A stretch of DNA of 64,000 bases, taken from Bugula neritina (Eukaryota; Animalia; Bryozoa). The stretch covers positions 248,001 to 312,000 of the forward strand of contig OZ037769.1 of assembly GCA_964035545.1 (NCBI GenBank). The letters are read 5' to 3'. The number at the start of each line of letters is the position of its first letter. Position 1 is the stretch's first letter. Shown one piece after another: positions 56,761-64,000 of the stretch. The notes beneath the pieces are model-generated. The model was not told where the DNA came from. It did not search any database and saw only the letters and a list, made by a program, of their open reading frames with translations. Both the position numbers and the translations under genes were made by a program.

Positions 56761-59726
56761 ATGATTTTTCTCACTTTCCAGTCTCTACTTCTGTTAGCTG
56801 CAATAGCTGGTAAGTTTAAGTGTTTAAAGAAATTGAGCACCTATAATGTATATCTACCTGCAGTTCCGTTAGTATTATAGACTTACTTGGTTTGTTGTAG
56901 TGATGTGCAATTTTCTCTGAAAATTACCAGCATTTTGTATCCATAGTTAATATTTTCTATTTCCCTTACTAACCTTGACTGCAATATACTCAGGATTCTT
57001 TGAAACAACTTTAATTGTTTAATAGATAAGCGTGTTTTCATCATACTGCATGCTATAAATATTCATAATCTATAGTCCACATATCACAGCAATAGGTACC
57101 AATCAAATACTATCGTCCCACCTGTACACCCCCCCCCCCCCCCCCCCTGTAATATACTGTAGGGTGGTAATTCTGTAATAGCTGCTACACTAACTCATTT
57201 GAATATGATTAACAAAAACATTCACACTGTTTCTCTATATAGCTAATATTATTACGGAGACTTCATACACTATAATATACTATAAACTAAAGTATAAATC
57301 TAGCCTCAGTTCTTTATTTCCTCAGTACCCTTCAATTGATCTGTATCAGCACAGCCATTACATATAGACTTCACTAATCTAATAAATCAGCATTCTGCAA
57401 CAATATTCCATTTGCTACGATTCTACTTGATCAACTTTCATTGCTAAGACACGTTTAATAAAGCAATACTCTTGATTGCACTGAATCGAGTTACATGCTT
57501 TTAAATTAGAAGTTCAAATACTATTTTTAATAACCTCATATGCAATCACATAAGACATGACGAAATAATCTCTGAAAAATTAAAAACAACTTCTTTTATA
57601 CTAAACTGCTTAACTCTCGAAATATTCCAAGATAGTCTGATATAAACGTTATGATCTATTCTCATAAAAAGATTCTGCCAACTTAACCTGCAGTACTTGT
57701 GTTCAATTAGACCAGGCGGGCTCTAAAAGAGTTGTGTCCAATGAGGAAGGAAACGGTGAAGAAAGGGGGCCAATACCCAGCCCGTACAGTTTCACTGGAT
57801 CAAGGTTCAGTGGCTACAAGGCGGGAGTACCGAGGTACTCTTCTCTACAGACAGCGCTCTGGTCAGGAGTCAGCGTCAGAGGAGTGGAGCAGTACGAGGC
57901 CAGGTTCAACAGCAGCGTCTTCTTTGATAACAGTCAGTCTGATAACATAGCTCTCTAGTATTTTTCTGGCTCTCTTTTTCATCATCATTTAATGTCTATG
58001 ATTCTACGCAACATGTGCTATGTGCTACTAGAGAATTAGTCTGTAGTGTCTTCTATTCCGTAAACCCATTCTGCTTTTACACAGTTCAAAAATTATTATA
58101 CACGCGCTTTAAGGTGTAGCACCGACATAGTTGCTTTAGTGAATCAGCAATACTATTATAATATTATATTGTGCTTATCAATGAAGCAAATGTGTTTAGT
58201 GTTGCTCAATATGTTGCATACCTTTTTATTTATTCTAATCAATTTCCTTAATGATAGCTCAGGCTATTTTTGTATTTAAACAGTTGAATAGATTAAGTAC
58301 TTTTTGAAATGACAAATGTTTCACTGTTTTACCACAAGTTATTTTCTAAAGTAGAGTAGTATAGAGTAGTATAGAGTAGAGTAGAGTAGTATAGAGTAGA
58401 GTAGTATAGAGTAAAGTAGTATAGAGTAGAGTAGAGTAGAGTAGTATAGTGTAGTATATAGAGAAGAGTAGAGTAGTATAGAGTAGAGTAGTATAGAGTA
58501 GAGTAGTATAGAGTAGAGTAGAGTGGTATAGAGTAGAGTAGTATAGAGTAGAGTAGTATAGAGTAGAGTAGAGTAGAGTAGAGTAGAGTAGAGTAGAGTA
58601 GAGTAGATTAGAGTAGAGTAGAGTAGAGTAGAGTAGAGTAGAGTAGAGTAGAGTAGAGTAGAGTAGAGTAGAGTAGAGTAGAGTAGAGTAGTATAGTGTA
58701 GTATAGAGTAGATTAGAGTAGAGTAGAGTAGAGTAGAGTAGAGTAGAGTAGAGTAGAGTAGAGTAGAGTAGAGTAGAGTAGAGTAGAGTAGAGTAGAGTA
58801 GAGTAGAGTAGAGTAGAGTAGAGTAGAGTAGAGTAGAGTAGAGTAGAGTAGAGTAGAGTAGAGTAGAGTAGAGTAGAGTAGAGTAGAGTAGAGTAGAGTA
58901 GAGTAGAGTAGAGTAGAGTAGAGTAGAGTAGAGTAGAGTAGAGTAGAGTAGAGTAGAGTAGAGTAGAGTAGAGTAGAGTAGAGTAGAGTAGAGTAGAGTA
59001 GAGTAGAGTAGAGTAGAGTAGAGTAGAGTAGAGTAGAGTAGAGTAGAGTAGAGTAGAGTAGAGTAGTGTAGATAGAGGCAAGCAGCTGTAACACGACTCA
59101 TTACAGATCCACCGGTATGCTATTCTGAAGACAGGATTCTGGTTGGTCCAGGCACACCAAAGAGCGAGCCCATTGGCTACTTTGTGTGCCCTTACGCAGA
59201 TTCGGATACCATAGAAGACAGATATTGCTGTGGAGCGGCGAAGCATCAACACTGCTGCAAGATATGGGAAGAGTGAGTTCTAACTTTTGTCATGTCAGCA
59301 TTTATACAACTTGATATGAAATATTAAAATATACACATAAAATGTTATAGTAAATACATTGAATATGACAATAAATAAATTAAATACTTGTGTATATATT
59401 AAATATAGTACATATAGAGTGTAGTATATACTACATACAGAGGGTAGTATATGTAGAGTGTATCCATCAGATAATATATACACAATATAAACCAAGATGC
59501 TAGCAAGCATATAATGTGATATTTAATTTGTGTTGAGGAATTGCTAGTAGCTTGAAGTGCCTAAGATGAGGAAATGAGGATTTGTGTTCTCTTTTACAGT
59601 TGGGGCCGAGTAGCTGGTACCATAGCAGCAGGTGCTGTCGCCGCACTAACTATACTCACCATTACTATCTGTATTCTAATCAAGTGCTGCCAGAGTCTCA
59701 ATCAGGATAGGCAATTCAAGTTCTAA
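56761..59726 (+). CDS. Shisa-like single-pass type I membrane protein (~187 aa)
   Basis: Exons 56761-56809, 57711-57932, 59107-59272, 59600-59726; total 564 nt. Signal peptide MIFLTFQSLLLLAAIA. Cys module VC...GYFVCP...RYCCG...QHCC resembles the Shisa pattern. TM VAGTIAAGAVAALTILTITICILI followed by KCC. The exon-2 acceptor is less certain. Confidence 0.72.
58350..59066. repeat. (AGAGT)n microsatellite
   Basis: Seen directly; intronic. Confidence 0.95.
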
Positions 59727-59751
59727 ACAATTCACAGTCTGCTTCACGAAG

Positions 59752-59965
59752 CTGGGAACTTACACACAACTGTGAACTTACACACAACTGTGAACTTACA
59801 CACAACTGAGAGCTTACACACAACTGAGAACTTACACACAACTGGGAACTTACACACAACTGGGAACTTACACACAACTGGGAACTTACACACAACTGGG
59901 AACTTACACACAACTGGGAACTTACACACAACTGGGAACTTACACACAACTGGGAACTTACACTT
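59752..59965. repeat. 18-bp minisatellite in the putative 3' UTR (ctgggaacttacacacaa)
   Basis: About 12 copies after the stop at 59726. Confidence 0.9.
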
Positions 59966-60716
59966 ACAGTCGTAAACCCACAGACACACTAACCTTGAGA
60001 TCTAACGTTTCATGCCATTTGATTTTATAAAGATTTATGTATATATGCAATACAACAACTAATGCATTATTTAGCACACACTAATACTTGATTCAATCTT
60101 GTAGAAATGCTCTATGTAGTACTATGCATTCACATTGTATTATGAAGCCGAATAGACATCAAAGTTATGTAATAAAGCCCTTGTTATTAAACCTAATGGT
60201 GATATTTCTGAATAAAATAATATGCCGAAAGGTTTTATTTGTGATAATCAAAGGGTTAAAGTTCACACTGGTAACAATACCAATGTTCACGGCTCGCTAT
60301 ATATAGCCGCACTTTCTACCTTTCACGTCTCAACCATGTCGTTATCATTTATCAAAGTCTAAATATAAAATAAAGTGTAAAAAGGAAGTTACGTATCAGT
60401 AGTTATCTTGTCAAGGAGGCGGTTCCCATCGTTGAAAAAGCGCTCGAGCTGATTGGTTAAAACTCCCAGTGACCGCGTGATTACTAACTACTAGCAACGC
60501 TAGTCGCAACAATGACCAAGTATATTATTTTTATTTTAGTTTACCGAGACTTATTACTTCAGCACACGCAATAGGAAAGAAGCTGCAAACTTCTAGATCA
60601 CTCTGATACAATACTTTGCAACAGGCAGTTGTAAGTCGAATCTTAATATCTCAAACTAGAGCTGCCATCTAATAATATAACTTTAGTATAACTATAACTA
60701 TATCGCTATCAGCAAA

Positions 60717-63700
60717 ATGAGTTGGAAAAACGATATCAAGTTTTCAATTATGTTTGTCGTCGCTCACTGCGTTACTTTATACAGAAGGCTAAAGGTGTAT
60801 TTGGGTAAGTTTTTTGCTTATTGGCTTGAAATTTGCGTTTCAGTATCACGATATTTATAAGTATATAAAAGGAGACATTTAAGTTTTAACTGTTATACTT
60901 ACAGTTACAGCATACAATTAATATTATCAATATGAATATCTATATTCGTTTTGGTAATGAATAATTATATTCATATCCAGATTGATATTGCCTGCATCTT
61001 TGACATAATCTTCATCTTGTATTTAATTGATTGCTCCTTGTTTTGTGAGTGCTGAGTTAAAATACAGATTGAACGTTGATCACTGGTTGATGTAGAGCAA
61101 GTGTTTATAAGATATTAATATTTCTGTGTTTAACATGCTTTAATTTTATTATTTTTTTGAATGCTTGACAGCTAATAGTACAGAATCGTACAGTCATTTT
61201 AATTATTCAAGATATTTGCTCTATTTTACATGTCTGAGTTGATTAGCCACGGCAGTAGAGGTTATTTCCTATAATGTCGAAACATATTTTTATTAATTTG
61301 AATTATGCAATTTATAATTTGCAACAATAGCAAACGTTTTGTCATTTGCAAGAATAGGAGATTGTCTTCAAGAGCAGCATGATCATTATACATAAACTAA
61401 AAATATTGTGTTTAGTTTATGAACTGTCCATAGGGATTCTGAAGACCAAGTACGGTATAATCGGTTATCAGCTCAATCAACATGGCATCCCACTCTCAGA
61501 TTTGTTTGCTGAAGAGATTCACAATGCTGCCTCGCAGTACGACAGATTCAGGGAGGATGACTTAGTCGTGGCTACGTACGCCAAGTCAGGTACTAAGTTG
61601 AACTTGTGTACGTCAAGTCAGGTAACTTAAGATAATCTCATTTACACCATTCGCTGATAAGAGTGTGGCTGTGATTACTCCGGAATCTTCTCTAAATCAT
61701 GTTAACGTGACTCTAGATATTGGCAAACCTCCAGCAATATGTTTACACCTCTTCCAATATGGTTGATAGTATTATGCAACATCTGTCACGCAGTGTAGCG
61801 CTCTTTGCTAGAGATATTAACATTGTAGGTACTGCAGTCTACACAGTTAGTATAGTGTATGTCAATACCTTTGTTTCCTGTTTGCCGATTCAGGTACAAA
61901 CTTCACAGAAGATATAGTGGCTTCAATATATGCAGAAGTTGGTCTCTATCAGAGAGGTTACAAGCCTCACGTAAGAATGGAGTTCACGTTCTTTAAAGCT
62001 CCAAGTAGGTGAATACACTATCATCATGTGACCTTTGCTCTACAACTAGTGTCTATGGTGAAAATAAAAATAGCAAAATTTGTAATATTCAAAAAGGAAT
62101 AAAGTGGATTAATTGTTTCAAAGCTACTCATGACATTGTTAGCTTGTCACCAGCCTCTTTCTGGTTCATTTTAGAGCCGTCTTACAGAATTTTATGCCGA
62201 GATCAAATAGCTTTATGGAGCGTATAACTTGTATTGCCGTATGGCTCATTTTTCAAAGCTTGCCTAAAATTGTGTGTCAAGAATCATTGCAGGGGTCAAC
62301 TGACAGTGTATTGACAATCAATAGCAGGTGTGTGAAGTTGTTTGTGTAATGACTCATTTGATGTCATCTGCAGACAAAGAGAACCTGCTGGCACATGTCG
62401 ATGCCATACCCAGTCCCAGAGTTATATCCACTCACTTGCAGTGGGATCACTTACCAGAAAAAGTTAGAAATGGAACAGTTAGAGTAAGTTGATCTGCAAA
62501 CGTAGTGACTAAATATATGTTTTTCAATACTGATCATACAACTTTACACAACAATAAAAAACAAAGTAAGGAAAAACACAGTGAGGTTTAATAATGTCTA
62601 TCAAAAACATGTGTCTAAATCATTTAGTCAAGTGTCTTGTCTTACAGCTACTCTGCTGTACGTATTGAGGGTACATAACTCCTATCTGAGATTCCTCCGA
62701 TAATGATGACATATTTGTTATTGTTCATTGTGTGAAATATTGCTTAGGTCTTTCATTTTATCTTACTGTATTTTTATTTTGATGTTTTTAATTTTGTAGA
62801 CTATCCATTGCCTGAGAAACCCCAAGGACGTGGTTTGTAGTGGTTTTCCATTTTTTAGGAAACTTGGAGTTATTCACCCTAACTTAACATGGAAAGAGTT
62901 TTTCCAGCATTTCCTGGATGAAAACAGTGAGTATAATATTTAGCTGTGTTTCTAGTTATATATATATATATATACTTATAATATTTAGCTGTGTTTCTAG
63001 TTATATATATATATATATACTTATAATATTTAGCTGTGTTTCTAGTTATATATATACTTATAACATTTAGCTGTGTTTCTAGTTATACATATATACTTAT
63101 AATATTTAGCTGTGTTTCTAGTTATATATATATACTTATAATATTTAGCTGTGTTTCTAGTTATACATATATACTTATAATATTTAGCTGTGTTTCTAGT
63201 TATATATATATACTTATAATATTTAGCTGTGTTTCTAGTTATATATATATATATTTATAATATTTAGCTGTGTTTCTAGTTATACATGGGGGATATTTCC
63301 AATATGTCCGTCAATGGCATGCACACAGGCACCAGAAAAACCTGCTAAACTTGGAGTATGAAGATTTGAAGAAGGTGAGACACTTTTGTATTGTCAGTTT
63401 CTTTCACTCAGTCATGAAGTTAACTTGTTCAAGCTCTGTTAAAGATCTACACCCGTTAGGTTTAGTCATGAGAGTAAAAAGTAAGTCTGTATAATCTCTT
63501 TCATGTCAGCATAAAAGTTTTCAGTTATATTATTCTGTGAGAGAAAAATTTCAAGTCTTTTCAATTACCTGAGTCAGAAGGATACAATATTTTTATCAAA
63601 TATTTGAATTAAAAAATCTTTCTTAGAACCTGAGAGAAAACGTAGTCAAAATTGCTGAATTTCTGGGCCAAACTCTAACAGAAGAGCAGATCAAAAGAGT

Positions 63701-64000
63701 TGTGACTGAAAACACTTTTGAGAACAAAAAGAAGTCAGTTGGTTCAAAGCATCTGATATACAGAAAAGGTGAGTCGACTGTTGGCAGGTTTAGGAGTTCT
63801 CATCATTCAACCAATCACGTTGAGTATTAAACTCGTCTAATCACAGTAGCTGTTGGGTGTTGAACTCGTCCAATCACAGTAGCTGTTGGGTATTGAACTC
63901 GTCCAATCACAGTAGCTGTTGGGTATTGAACTCGTCCAATCACAGTAGCTGTTTTATAGGAAAGTCTGGAGGTTGGAGGTCAGAGTTGACAGTGGAACAG
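60717..64000 (+). CDS. Sulfotransferase (Sulfotransfer_1, cytosolic SULT-like); 3' end truncated by the window
   Basis: Exons 60717-60804, 61434-61589, 61894-~62004/62008, possible 62175-62305, 62374-62483, 62800-62926, 63280-63374, 63627-63768, 63960->64000. Motifs: 5'-PSB FREDDLVVATYAKSGTNF, SPRVISTHL, 3'-PB RNPKDVVCS, YEDLKKN, IAEFLG, YRKGKSGGW. Confidence 0.9.
62933..63285. repeat. ~39-45-bp minisatellite (ataatatttagctgtgtttctag|ttata...) whose last copy is the splice acceptor
   Basis: 9 copies of gtttctag make up nearly the whole intron; the last one starts exon 63280. Confidence 0.9.
63828..63953. repeat. 33-bp minisatellite (aactcgtccaatcacagtagctgttgggtattg)
   Basis: About 4 copies ending just before the acceptor at 63959. 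Confidence 0.85.

Noticed and set aside
58350-59066. Interstitial telomeric repeat
   Set aside because: The unit AGAGT does not match TTAGGG or TTAGG; treated as an ordinary microsatellite.

Overview
AT-rich, intron-containing eukaryotic DNA, most likely an invertebrate animal (inferred from gene content). The real genes are spliced, so the ORF track mostly shows exon pieces and repeat artefacts. Joining GT-AG exons by hand gives nine genes, all on the + strand, in this order. (1) The 3' end of a small protein with a C-terminal membrane anchor. (2) A GPI-type Cys-rich/mucin/Ly6-uPAR protein. (3, 4) Two paralogous 11-exon genes that appear to fuse a Pro/Tyr-rich cytoplasmic tail and a CD225 (dispanin/IFITM-type) membrane domain to four WSC carbohydrate-binding domains. 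(5) A CBM39+GH16 beta-1,3-glucan recognition protein/glucanase with an intact catalytic motif. (6, 7) Two more Ly6/mucin paralogs, one with 97 near-perfect PTTAG repeats. (8) A Shisa-like single-pass membrane protein. (9) A sulfotransferase that runs off the window end. All seven complete models sum to a multiple of 3 and have no internal stops. Introns are full of minisatellites, and many repeat units contain the neighbouring splice site itself. The best candidates for something new are the CD225-WSC4 fusion receptors next to a beta-glucan receptor and the splice-site-amplifying minisatellites. All gene models are manual predictions with no transcript support.
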